A stretch of 64,000 nucleotides of DNA from Fimbriosthenelais zetlandica (taxonomy: Eukaryota), in assembly GCA_977030845.1 (NCBI GenBank), contig OZ365113.1, positions 16,120,001-16,184,000 on the forward strand, in the 5' to 3' direction. This document shows, piece by piece, positions 1-29,056 of the stretch. The position numbers were made by a program, and so were the translations under genes. The number at the start of each line of letters is the position of its first letter. Position 1 is the first letter of the stretch. The notes beneath the pieces were generated by a model, which worked only from the letters and a program-made list of their open reading frames with translations, made no database searches and was not told the DNA's origin.

Positions 1-1124
1 AGGGTGCATGGAAAATGAGACAATTGATATGCCCAACCTGATGTGCCCAAGAGTGTCATAGCCGGTTGCTCTTTTCAAGACTTTCTGCTAATTTTCATGT
101 TTAATACATGCAGTTTGTACATTATTAACACGGTTTACAGGCTTTTAGACTGGTGACTATTTTCATATTGTTTATCTAGTGATATCTGAGTGTCAGGTGG
201 TTGAATGTTCACCGCCTACCTGTTCATCCATGTCTCTTGTCTCTCATCATTTAGAATATCCATGTTATCTTCCGTTTCAGAAGATGGTCCTGCCCCACTT
301 GTGTAGCTATAGCTATTGATCAGCATTAATTCAATAAGAAAGAAACATTTCTGAAAATCTATATTTTGTCAATAGGCAAACCTTGAACGAGATCTTGAAG
401 GCAATAAATATATATACTTTAATTAAACACTAAATGGTACGCAAAATGGATGAGGGAAAGGGAGACAAAGAGAAGGAAAGGGAGACAAAAGCGGCATATT
501 ACCGGCCAATTGGCCAATCATTACACATTGAAACCTATTTCTTATGAAATACAACCTATTCTTTCAATGTATACCCACAGAGAAGCAGATTGCACTGAGT
601 GTCAAAAGGGATGAACTTATAAAAAATGATGGAGAACCCAAGAAAATGTCAAAGGCTAAGAATTCTACAATAATAATGATTATACACAACACAATTGCGA
701 TTTACTATGCAGACATCAGATTATCTCTCCATCCTTTTATCTGAAATGAGGGGTGGAAAGATGAAATTCTACTTAAGCAGTGACAAATGTAAATTGATCT
801 TGTACTAATCCATTACCGAAAGGCAGTCTTTTCCAATGGTGCAAAAGTCACGTGTCGATCGGGTGATCTGTGTTAAAATGAATTCAACATTTAGTGATTC
901 AAAAACAACTTGTTGAGGTGAAGAGTGAATGGCCATTAATCTCCATTAATCATCAACCTTCTTTTCTATCCCGTCTTCATGCAGGCCAGTGGGGTGTTGT
1001 ATTTGCATTCTCTAAATTAACATTAAAAAGAAACTTAATTCTAAAGTGAATAGATCTTGTAATTTCAGGATGACTTCCCTGAAATGTAACATGTTACAGA
1101 CGTGAAAGACAGAACACCACTTAC

Positions 1125-12127
<11,003 letters not shown>

Positions 12128-12409
12128 CGTTGCAATGAATTATATGGTAGGGTGAAGGTGATAAGTATGGTGAAATGAAAACAAAACTAAGGGTTCCTCG
12201 ACATGTCGGCCATTTGTAAATGGTCCTCGTTGCTATGGAGCTCCGCGAAGCAAGTCACGGACGTAATCTCGTCAATGACGAGATCTCAGCCGAGATGTAC
12301 GCCATCTTGGCTTCCACTTCCGGAAAGTGAGGCAATCCTTCATTGTGCACGATTTTCCTTCTCCTTTTACCGCATTTATCAGCGCGACCTGCCTTTTCTC
12401 CCGGAGAAC
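12128..12409. promoter_or_regulatory. Putative bidirectional promoter / 5' UTRs shared by IQCA1 and MAPKAPK2
   Basis: 282 bp between divergent ATGs, CpG-rich relative to flanks. Contains YY1-type CGCCATCTT (12300-12308), ETS-type ACTTCCGGAAAGT (12316-12328), a 19-bp palindrome ATCTCGTCA-A-TGACGAGAT with two TGACG half sites (12266-12284) and a partial X-box-like GTTGCTATGG (12229-12238). Confidence 0.7.
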
Positions 12410-17385
<4,976 letters not shown>

Positions 17386-19254
17386 TTCTCCAATCACCCA
17401 TCCCTAGGTGCGGCAGAAGTAAATAAAACTCATACAAGGGTAACAAAAAAAAACGGCAAAAATGTTGAAATCGTATGGAAAAGGAATCACGAGGCTGAAA
17501 AATATTTACACTTTAAGATATCCCGGTTTATTTGGATTATGCAAACTAAACTACCAAGGAGAACCGGTGTCTACTTTTGGATTAAGCGGATATTGTACTT
17601 GAACATTTTTGGAGGATGCCTGTGTTTTTGTGAAAAGAAAAAATCTGTTTTTTGTTATTGTTGCTGGAGCAATCCTATACTGATCATAACATGATCTACA
17701 AAGGAATACATTGTATATTCAAGTAATAATCATCATACATTCTATACTATTGTTCTTGAGGAATATAGCGAGCATTGTTACCGTTGCCGCTGTTGTGAAG
17801 AGTCGTTTGGGTGGAGATATTTAACAACTTTATAAGTCAGTATTTAATAGCATTACGTGTAACTAGGACGAGCGTCTGTTGGAATTTGTAGATACTTTTC
17901 ATTCAGAGTATGTCCATTCAATACTCTGAATGCCTTAAAATCTCTGATTTAAGGCCCAATTCATTTACAATGCTTACTAAAAAGTGCTTAATGTATGGGA
18001 TATATCACAGTTTATATAACTCTTATGTGTTGAACGAGGTTGTAATTTGTGCTGGGTTTCAAAGGATGCCCAATGCTAAATGTGTGAAAAGGAAGTGAAC
18101 ACACAATGGCCGATTTGTTACGCATTATTTTGTCGATTACTTTATGTCGTATTTTCTGTTTCAAATGTGCTTCAGGAGGAGTGAGGCACTGGGATAGTGT
18201 GTTAAGATTTTCCGTTTAGGATCACCCAAAGTTGTGAGCGATGCACATTAATACTGTGGGTAAAGTTGCTTGTCAACTTAACTTACCAGAGAACAATTCA
18301 ACACGATCTTCCAAAGTTTAAACTAATGATTAATTAGTCCCCGACTGTTCACCTAATTCTATTCCTAACTAGATGTATAACACATAACTGTAACCAGAAA
18401 TATCCATGCTTATTTGGCAAAACTTTCATGAGATTGTCTCTGACAATAGATTATTGATTTATGAGTAGTCATACTTTTTAAAATTAAGTTATACATATAG
18501 TTAATACTTTACTTTATTTCAAATTTATTATTAGTTATAAACACTAATATGGGAAAAAGAAAATGAAAACGTGAGGAAACTTGTTAAAAAAATTCATATT
18601 CAAGTATAAAAATACTTTACGTATAAATAATATATAGCCTTTCATTAAAGTTTGACCACTGTTATGTTTTTGTTAGGTGGATGATGTTTACATTAAATAA
18701 GACTCGTTGTAGTAGACAGTGGCGGATATTTTGTCTTAGTTCAGGTAAGAGTGGTACACAACTTGTTTAGAATGTCTGTCTAGATTTATACACTCCACCG
18801 TTAACTGTGAAAATATGTTCTGTGTAATTCCATTTATATAGAAATATTTTGTGATTAAGATGCTTAGCATTATATATCGCTTTAAAACTGCTTAATATCC
18901 AATTATCTATTTGTTACTATTATAAGAAATCTATTTGTTACAAGTATGTGAACTCACCTCACTCACTGAAATAAAATGATGTATCGGTTGTAGTCTACAT
19001 TGCTTTTTGTTCCTATTTCCCTCTAAAGGGAATACTATATACCGTATTAAAGGAGAAATTCAGCAGTTAGCTTAGACGAAAAGTTCAGCAGATAGCTCAG
19101 ACCTTAGACAAAGCATTCACCCCTGGTGAGGAACTCTGGAACTGGGATAGCAACATGGTGGGTGCCTACCTGCCGCCATTGCCCCTGAACGGCGCCACTG
19201 TTGCACAGACTGTGAAAGCCATACTGCACCCCCGAGTAAAAGGCAAAATGGCGT

Positions 19255-19325
19255 TGCACTGCCCGGGAATCGAACCCGGGTCACAAGAATGGGAATCTTG
19301 CATGATACCACTACACCAGCAGTGC
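19255..19325 (-). tRNA. tRNA-Gly-CCC: tRNA-Gly (anticodon CCC), 71 nt, intronless
   Basis: Minus strand GCACTGCTGGTGTAGTGGTATCATGCAAGATTCCCATTCTTGTGACCCGGGTTCGATTCCCGGGCAGTGCA: perfect 7-bp acceptor stem, CAAGA/TCTTG anticodon stem, CCGGG-TTCGATT-CCCGG T arm, A and B boxes, followed by two T4 runs as a possible Pol III terminator. Confidence 0.96.
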
Positions 19326-19507
19326 TGACTGCTTCTGGTCGCTACTTTTCTGCCTACATACTACAATGCTGCAGATTGGCTGATTCCTCCTGAAGCCGCT
19401 GGTGCTGATATTATAGTTTCATGGCGCCGTGGCAGTGAAGTGGAGATTTAGTAGGCATTTTTATTGTTGGTTTGTATTGGTAGGGGTGGGTGTGGGAGTG
19501 GAGCGTA

Positions 19508-19530
19508 GGGGGGGGGGGGGGGGGGGGGGG
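19508..19530 (+). repeat. G23 homopolymer
   Basis: Directly visible; followed by TCCAGGAGATCCTCC. Confidence 0.85.
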
Positions 19531-22228
19531 TCCAGGAGATCCTCCTCAAAATTCACTGAGCGATTCATAGTCGTTCAAATAGTAATTTTTGGTCCCATTC
19601 GAGTACCGGTAATAAAAATTGGGCACTGGCAAGAGCCTGATCGTCAGCTGGAAGGATGGATGGACGGATGAGATAAACGGATGGATAAGATATATAGATT
19701 GATAGATACATATTAGGTCTCTGAAAGAGGAGAGCTAGAGGTTTTCTAAACTAGTATTTATCATACATGTCATCCGCGAGCTGCTCGGATAGGAGGATGG
19801 AGTGAGGGGGTATTACCACACCAAACAAGGAGGAATGTAGTAATGTTTATCACTTTCTGGCACGCGGAGAGTGTTTTTTTAAAGTTCAGGTAAAAGGCTT
19901 CGTTAGATATAGATGAGAAAATATAGGCGAGTCGGGGGATGAGCACAATTAAGCCCCCCAACCTGACTAGAGATTAATCGTTTCAATGAAGCAATGCCCA
20001 TATTATGCAACCCATAGGCTCATCTTTGGCATATTGTATGCGTATTAAATGTGTGAACATAGAAAAACAGATGCAAACAAATGAATTATTAATGAAAGGG
20101 TAATTAAATCCCTTCCCAGTCCGGGACAAAGGCAGTCCATTCTTTTATGAAACATTTCTTATAATTTGATTATACAAAGAGTTCCATACTGCACATGGTG
20201 CTAAGATTACTTTTACATCAAGTTCAGACTGTCCAGGTCTATTCCTCGCATGGGTTGTTTTTAATTTGATTGGAAAAAGCAGGTTCCCTTCAGTATCTGC
20301 GGGGGTGCCCTATTAAGCCACCTTTTGAGCTCATTTAGTTTGGCTCGAATGCTTCATGCGACCTAAGAGAGAGGCTAAATCACTTTGAGAATAAGGTCTC
20401 TTATAGAGCTAGTGAGCAGATCAAGGCTGTGCATCTTAGTAGCGTCTGCTTGCACTGCTGGCACAGAGACATCAAATTACAACATCAAGGAGGACGTCCA
20501 CTCTGTTAAGATACTGCCTGCGCAAATTATCTTCTCATGCAGTAAACGATTCCCGGAACTGATCTGGAACTTAATATATTGCGAGAACCTGACATATGAG
20601 TCTTCTTGCAAGACCTAATGAGGATTTGTGTAAAGAAATGTTCATTGCTGATCCCTATTCTTTTTGCAGGTATACATTTTTCTAACGATTTCTTGGCATC
20701 TGGCCTTTTGAAGGGAAATTGTGTTAAAATTATATCAGCCTGTTCACTCATAGCTCTTAAGTTATAGCATACACAAACTTTATTGCTTTAAACCAATAAT
20801 GGATAGAGCTTAAGAACCTGCAGTGTGGACTTCCAAGGTTTTGCAGTATGTATGTATATTGAAATCTGAATGTTTAAAAAGATCTTCCAATGGGGTTTAT
20901 ACTTTCATGAAGATTAATTACTTGGCCTTATCGAAGGAATATTACCTCATACAACATAAAAGTCGGCCATAAACAATTTTATGTTTAGTATAAGGAAAGT
21001 CTATGAAAATTCTGCTTTAATCATCTGCTTTGAACTCACCAAATGCAGTGCAATTAAGGCATCATGAATTAGGAAAATCATAATTATTTTTCCTTCTGTG
21101 GAGAAATTAACTTTTGCTAAGTACTGTCTTCATTAATATCGAGCGAGGAAGGCAATTAGAATAGCATTAGGGCTGCTCAATGGAAAATGAAGACGGTCAA
21201 AGTTTTCCGTGAGTGTGAATGGCATGTCAGGAGACAGCTTAGCCGATCCTGCAGGCAACACTGATAATTATAGAAGCCTCACTGGTTCAATATGTGTATG
21301 GCCAGAGACTTGCTAACCAATTAGGTAACAGGTAATTATCAATAACAAATTTAATTAAATCAAAATATGATGTATGTTATCATAATGGCGGTCACAGAAT
21401 ATTTGATAAGAATAACAAGTGAGGCATTGAACCTAGCATTTTTCAGCAATTTCAACATTTATCACCCAAAGTTTGGATATAATCACTTATACCGCCATAA
21501 TATTACATCATTTAATGATCAATTGAACACCACTTGTTCTACTAGTTCCACACAATTTCAGAAATCAGAGGTAATAAATGATGGGATAACACAGATAATA
21601 GAACGATTCAAGGAATTGATATTATAACAGTGAACAATTATTCGAGGGAAAAGACGTTAAACGAAATAGATGCATGTACTAAACAATTAGCAATTGGCTT
21701 TAACCACATCTCGATTTATTATTGAGATACACACCCGACAGGCAATGTTATACTTTGCCTTTAAAGAAAGGGAAACCTGTCTCAATGGGAAACTGTGTAA
21801 ATAGCTGTTGGAACCTGCTGGCTCTGGTGAAACCAAATTACTGTCCTTGTTTACTGTGGGCTATTGAAAAGAATTAGTATTGTTCTGGCAACCATTGTAG
21901 GTGTGGAAGGAGGCTATAGTATTCTCTCGTGAGAGGGTGAATTGTAATGCTTCTCATTCCTGGTAATTGGTCCATCAGTCTCCTTAGAGGAAAGACAGGG
22001 ATACAAAAATGTTGCGTCTAGGCACATAATGTTTTCCATGATGAATATATACCTTTAGTACACGGTTGTGGGTTTTTGTTTTCGTATAGACCTATTACTA
22101 AATGTTATAGAAATGTCTAGGGTCTGTATAGAGACGCGTCTCTATAGGATTGGAAAGTTATATAATTTCTAACGGTAGGTCAATGGCTTGAAGCATATAA
22201 TTAGAATGGTCACAAGCCGGCTTCGGGC

Positions 22229-22288
22229 CCCAGCCCAAAAATAGAAGCACTCGCCCTTCGGGCTCGTGTTTCTATTTCTTGGGCTGGG
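22229..22288. repeat. 60-nt imperfect palindrome (long hairpin), likely from a non-autonomous element
   Basis: CCCAGCCCAA-AAATAGAAGCAC-TC-GCCC-TTC-GGGC-TC-GTGTTTCTATTT-C-TTGGGCTGGG. Confidence 0.75.
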
Positions 22289-24482
22289 ACCCTCAGCCTG
22301 GGCTGTCGTGTTTTATCGCCTACATATAACATTTATATGGATAATTTTCCATTGTTATATAAATATGTTGTTGATGAGAAAATGCAGGAGGTGACTCTGA
22401 ATTATTTTATTGATTGAATTTTCACCAAGGTAATATGTAGCCTATAGCCCTTGATATTATATTACAATATATGGAAGAATATCACTTCAGTTGTTCGTTT
22501 AAGAACGAGGAGCCTAGCATCTTCTAGTAATTGGTTTACACTTTGATCCTTTTTTATAATAGTTCAAATTTGAATTTGGATGTCTTAGATATTCATTCAG
22601 GAGGACATGAAGACCTTGCTCAAGAATTCTTACCAGTGTCTGGCAAGTGGCAGTTGTTGTGAACAGGTTTGCTTCTTAAAACAGCTTCGCCATAAGATTT
22701 TTATTCTCTAATCAAACTGATGGCCATCAACAACATTTTTGCTGACACCGATCAAGCCGATGGTATGGCTTTAATTGGACTCAATTTATTTCTGAGGCAT
22801 TCAGGGAAAACGACCTGCAGGAAATCACGAAGGAAAAACTACCTTACAGACCTGGTATTCAAGAACGGATTATTTCCGAGGTGTGGGCAACTTCAATATG
22901 TTGAAGTAAAAAAGGGAAGCTTCCATTTCAATTCCCATCAAACATCAATTGCAGAACAGGACATTGTGTGTTCACTTCTATGCCAGGACATGTTTGAATA
23001 CATGACGGGAGAGCAACTCCTGAGCCCTTTCTTTGCTATAAATCTGTATACATGAATGTATATATAAATAAATGTTTGAGTCAGAAGTGAGAACTATTCT
23101 GAAACTTTTTCTAGAAACATTTCTATACAGCACAGTAATTAATACATTCTCAAGGAATTTATTTGAAAGGTTTACTGCAAGAGCTTATGATTCACTCATG
23201 CCATGATTACCTTTCATAACAGAAAATAGATCTATGCAACGCTAAATTATTATACAGACACACCTCAGGAATTCTGTAGGGCCCTGTGAAGCTTTGCCAT
23301 TGCTTCATTTCAGGTCGATGAGAGAAGGGTCAAAGTTTATCATCTGTCCTTATGCCTACAGTTAATTACTGCAGCATTTTGCTCCTTGAAGTTATCATAC
23401 ACAGTTTCGCGTTTCCAAATCCAAATCCAAGCAAAATGGATAGTTTAATTAAGTATTCAACAATCTTGTTTCTGTTGTGAGAGAACAACATAGTTTGAGT
23501 TTCGAAAGTTTTAAGTCTTCATAAAAACTAAATATCCAGAAATTAATTAACTGTTTAACGTGAAAAGGAGCTGATCCACTACAAAGCTGGTTTTTGTCAG
23601 CATACAAATATTACACAGAAAACCCATCAAAATTCAATATCCAAACTACAGAATAGTTATGAGACAACAAAATGCAATCCAGGGGATAGGGAAAGAAATT
23701 GATTAAACATAATTTAAATTTAGACAGATAATAATTATTGTTCAAAAAACTTTACCTTTTAATTATAGGATTAGTGAGATGAAAGTCATAAATCGAAAGG
23801 TGTGAAACCTTTCGAATGTATTTCAGGCCAAATGATAAAAATGATCCTATTGAAGAAAACGATGAGATTAAAAAGATCAGTGAAAAAACTTTCTCCCGGA
23901 AATCTAATGGATTTTGGCACCGGATCCGAGTTTTGACCCTCAAGATGGAAGTTAAAAGCTTAAACTTTAAAGCCATCCTGTCCTACTTTAAATACCATGG
24001 ATCAATTTGATTGATTCTTACATTTTTCTGTCAGTATTATTATGATTGAAACAATATCCAAGTTGATGGTAATAACAAATGTGTCATATAGATGTATTAT
24101 AGTTACAGTAGCATTTATGATGGACGTTATTATCATTTCAAAAAGGGATGATGAATGCGTATGTCATAATCATAATGATGGCATAATCATAAGAAATAGC
24201 AGGACAATGAAGCAATTTCAGATTGATTGTGAGGATAATTCAGAGCAGACAGGAGAAAGTAATGCACTGAGATAGAAAACCGATTTGAATCATTTCAGGT
24301 GTACTTCTTTGTGGGTGGATCCTACACTTTGGTCAGCCAATTATTCCGTCAAAACATCTCCATAAATCCTGTTGTGCAATCATGTGTTGTACTGGAAATG
24401 TTAATCAATTCCAAATGCAAGATGGCAGGAAAAAACCCAGACTATAGCCTGAATGTCAGATAAAATATTAGTTTTGCTTTTC

Positions 24483-25053
24483 GCAATACTGCACATCGTT
24501 GTCGATCCCATGAGTATTCCACTATTTGCAAGTATATCAGCTTTGTAAACACTGTATTATTGGGTGATGGAATCAATTATAAATGAGTTTTCACCAATAT
24601 ATGGAAGTGACATCAAGGAGAAGTGGGTTGCACGTACTGCCAGTACTGACCACGACGTAGAGAAAAGTATGGTCATGAAAAAGACAGATGAGCGATTTAA
24701 CATCCACCATGTCGAGAACCTTTGTAATCATGGAGGAGAGGCTTTGTTTAACATGCCCAGAAGAGATGGCCTGTCCTAGGCCTCTTGTAGGGAACATTAC
24801 CAGGCTTGTTGTCAGCATTGGATCTTAGATAAACATGTACTATTTGAGCAACTGCGTGATGGAAATAGCCAATCTCTTACTCTGATAAATTTCGCTATTT
24901 TTCAGGACAAATTCGTCCTATCTGCAGGGTTTGAGAGTATAAAAGGCCAAAGATGTATGCCGCACTCAAGATGGTTCAATGGAATCATTTATATCAGGAC
25001 GGAGAGGGATGGAAGGCATCTCCCTGTAGATGTGTCTTTCTCTCCTGTCGAGT
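24483..25053 (+). pseudogene. Decayed coding remnant, possibly NACHT/NLR-like
   Basis: About 190 codons in one frame with only 2 internal stops. Contains MSIPLFASI, TLYYWV, LCNHGGEALF and NFAIFQDKF, loosely in the order of post-Walker NACHT motifs. No Walker A found. Confidence 0.25.
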
Positions 25054-28000
25054 AAGCCCCCTAAACCACTGCCAATTAAGAACAGGTCCCTTGCTAATCA
25101 AGTGTTCCAAATACTCTAATCCTCCAGAGTTGGCCAATATGGTTGAGGAAACAGGGAAGCACATTAGTTGCCTCTCGAAGGTTCTTAACGTCGGACCATT
25201 AGTGGGGCTTGTTTGCCTTAACAGTGATTGCTTATTCTGTTGACTCAGAGCTGGACATGGCCGGCTTCCTCCATCTTATTTGGTCCACCAGGGACTGGAG
25301 GAATCACATGGGAACTCATTTTCTTTTTAAAATAGCTTGATGGATGGCCTATGTAAAATAACCCCAATGATTTTATTTTCATTGGCTGGGCACTGGATCC
25401 TGAATCGAATCTCGACATGCAGGATTTTTATATCAACAACGTTAGTTGTTAACACTAATTTTCAGTTATTTTAACACTTAATTTAAGTAAAGATATGTTC
25501 TGCAATTTCCTTTAAAAAAAGAGATTGGACCTGGGAAATGTTGGCACAACTTCCTCATGGAAAATAACTTTATGAATGCAGACCAGGAGAGGAAGAGTGT
25601 ATGGTGGGGTTATGCGAATATATATTGGTAAATCAATGCCTTAACACAATCAGCTTCGAGGTTTATATCATTTTGCTTGTGTTGAACTGTATATAGACCC
25701 CCATCTCTGTGAAATGTCAGACCGGGGGAAGCAGACACTTTAAGGTTAATTCACAAGGTCAATGTCAGCTTGCATTGCTCACAAGAGGATAAATAAGTTG
25801 AGGTCTGGCGCCAGCAGACTGGCCTGCATAATTCTGATATCATATAGGAATTCACTCGGGTGTGGTAGATGGGGGCTTTTTGGTCAAAACATGTTCACTT
25901 TCATTGCAAAACCTGATTCATCTGACATGTAGAATTTCAGCAATATAACACAGGCAGTTATAGGGCTAAAGAGAAGGTCGTCCCTTTTACTAATATATCA
26001 ACTGGTATTATTACTCCATATTCCATCCAACCATTTACCTCTTCACCATTGACTAGTCACCAGACGTGCACCTGCAAAGCCAAGATAACGGCTGAAATGA
26101 CTACTGTCAAGTATTGGATACTACTTTGTTTCCTCATGTATTTATGACCGAATTGACATATCAATTTTTGGACCTGCCACTTTCCATTGTCCAATTAAGA
26201 CTTGTTCGGTTCAATAATGGGAAAAGTCCCTTGAGCATGTGGATCATCTTCCTATCTGAAAGGCATCAAAGGGAATCATGGGAAGTGCTCAAGTGCAGAA
26301 AACGGGGAGCGGATCACCTTCTTGCGTGTTAAAAAGGAATGCAGGAAACCGCATCCCTGAAAATAATTTGGGGATTTTTTAAACCTGGACTTGATTGCAA
26401 TTATCAAAAGTTCCTCGAGCTGGCCGCTTAACCTCCGTACATCATTTTGCAATATTAACAAAATGAATCAGCAATAAAATTATTAATTTGCGAGGTAATT
26501 TGATTCAACCACTCATCAGAATAATATATGCAGAAATCAAATTAAATGCTAATCTAGCTCTAGTTTAAGCTAGAAAGAATTTACATATTTACATACGGCT
26601 ACATTTCACTCATCGACGAGAATTGTTCAAAACTGTTTTAAAATGCTGATATACTTCCATGAGTACATGAAATAAAAGTTATTGCCCAGTGGAAATTCTG
26701 TAAAAGAAATCTGTCAAAGACATCTGCATCCACTTGGCAAGGATTTTATCTGGAATTGATGGATCCATCGCCTGATGGATTCAGGCGATGATACCACCTG
26801 TTCATGCATGTCACTGTTTCCTTATCAAAATTATCTTCAATACATCACAGTTGAGAAATATAGACATTGTGGTCTTATTGTAATAATATACTAGTTCCTG
26901 TCAGATCTGAGCGATGGACAGTCAGTGCCGGCAAACACAATCCATATGCAAGGATATAACATGCTCTACCCGTGGAATACGCAAACAATGCTCTGGGATT
27001 ACTGGTAAGATCTTTCTGGACATATCTGCAACTACCATGCAAGCTTCGACATGTAAAAGGAAAAAAGGACTGATAAGAAGTCCAATTTCCAACATAAATC
27101 ATGCCAAAATTAATGAATATTCGAGCCAAACATGGGGTCGCAGTTATCTATTCATCATTTCAATGTTTGATCTTGAAGCCAGTGATGAAAAGAAAAAGGA
27201 GCCTTTGTTCACTGATGCAAAAGATGACGTAGACGTTCCAGGAACTCTTTTAAATTTCAGAAATTGAACTTCTTTTCAAATACCGAATTGATTGGACAAC
27301 ATTGTCCCCAAGGAAAGGATTATCATGACCCTTTTCAAAATTGGTTTCTATTCTCGAAGTAAATTATTCTCTACCAAACACGTTTTCCCTTCTCATATCC
27401 TGCATTTAGAGTTGTGTAAATCGGCTAGGTCACGATGTAATGACTGCTATTTCCGGTCCACGCAATCGTATGGCGGCCGACGCGACTTGACGATACACAA
27501 ACCGGAAATAGACATCGACAAGTGGACTGTAAACACGACCTTGGTCAAGGTCGAACAGAGCTTGACAGAGTCAGCATGACCAAATGTAATGATTGGCAAG
27601 GGCTAGATGACCAAACTGATAGCCTCTTCCTGCCAAAATCCTGCCTTCTCGATCAGTGCATGTATAGAGACAATATTTGGCCAGTATCTGTTAGAGCGAT
27701 GTCCATCTTGGAACCAGGGGGAAAATCTGAACTATTTGTAAAAGGCCTGACCCTAGCTGAGATGCATGGCCAGACTTCAGGGCCAGACTAGCCTATAGCC
27801 ACACGTTATGTAGTAGCCTAAGCTTTCCTGTTCGTCCCCTAAATCTTTGTACAAAGTTATTTTCCTCTTCGGATGTATACCTAATCTGTGTAATAATATT
27901 ATTGATATTATATACTTGAGAACGAGAGTTTATAAAAGAAAGATAACAACCAAGTGTTGCTATTTAATGCGAATTGTTTGTCTGTGACTTGTAACAATCT

Positions 28001-29026
28001 GTTCACACGGTGTCACCGGGAATAGATATGTGGCAGACAGGTTTATTGTATTGACAAAAGCAGACGTGGTTAATGAAGCCACAGTGCAAGAAGCCAACAA
28101 ATTAAGCTCGGACCAAATTGATTTACATTCCCTATGTGATCTTTCGCACACAAATTAGGCCAGACCAAAATATGAAAACCTCCAAATTCAGAATAGGATT
28201 TTTGTATTAAAACTGTCATTTTGAATTTTGTGTTAACAAAATCCATCAGATCGGTTGATTCTTTTGTGACCAAAAAAGCATTGCAACTAAATGCCTCTCG
28301 GAAGTTGAGTTTAAAGCCTATAAAATTCATTGGCCTTTTCAGAACAATCATTCACGATGAAAACTCGCCAAATGAAGATTTATGCCAACTAAAATGATGT
28401 GTTCGTCCGACATAAAGTTTTATGGCTGATAATCTTTATCCGCAGTTATAGAGTTTGTATCCCCATTAAAACTAGATTTAATCAGTTCAAGATTAACTGA
28501 GGTGCAAAATCCTCTCAGTAAAGAAAATACAATAGGAGATGGCTGACGACTCAGAGGAACAATCATGCAGGGGCCTAAAAACAATGGAAAGTCTCTGACT
28601 CAATAAGCTACAAGGAATCATTGAATTTACCTAAAATCAATAAAGTATAATCCAAGATATCTATTGCTGGTCTCTCTCTTTGTTAAAAATATATATCAGA
28701 TATTTTGTCTGATATAGAGCTAACTTATAACTATGTGACAATTAAATTATGACAATGCATGTATTATGAAATGACATTAAATATAGCTCGATTATGATAT
28801 CATAGTAAGGTTTCAACCATGGCCACAATTCAAGCTCGGCTAACTCTCTGTCAACATCTTTTATGAGCCTAGCATAGCAATTTGCTCAATCTCATTATAA
28901 AAGGATTATGTCAGCTGTAATATCAGAACTGACTTGGATAAAGACCAATAGAACTCATCATTCACATCTCCTTTGCCTGGCTGTAATTACCATTGCACTG
29001 TCTTTAATGAGACATGGTGGGTGTGT

Positions 29027-29056
29027 GGGTGGGGGTGGGGGAGGGGGAGGGCAGGG
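29027..29056 (+). repeat. G-rich tract with G-quadruplex potential
   Basis: GGGTGGGGGTGGGGGAGGGGGAGGGCAGGG (six G>=3 runs). Confidence 0.6.

Noticed and set aside
240-300. cag|gACCATC looked like the next IQCA1 exon (DRTIESL expected)
   Set aside because: Poor acceptor and an in-frame TGA after RTIF; the real exon lies outside the window.
12203-12409. 69-codon in-frame N-terminal extension of MAPKAPK2 (ORF 12203-12643)
   Set aside because: It spans the promoter motifs, shows no resemblance to MK2 N-termini, and the TSS likely lies inside it.
17386-18700. Possible AU-rich element cluster or stop readthrough in the MAPKAPK2 3' UTR
   Set aside because: ATTTA words are scattered at about background level for AT-rich DNA; the stop is TAA-T, not a leaky context.
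19117-19311. Minus ORF MVSCKIPILVTRVRFPG...
   Set aside because: It is simply a read-through of the tRNA sequence.
26880-27130. TIR-like SRKILPVIP segment (also LEKCEIIMLLVKDF near 41850-41950)
   Set aside because: Single weak motifs with no WC/box support.
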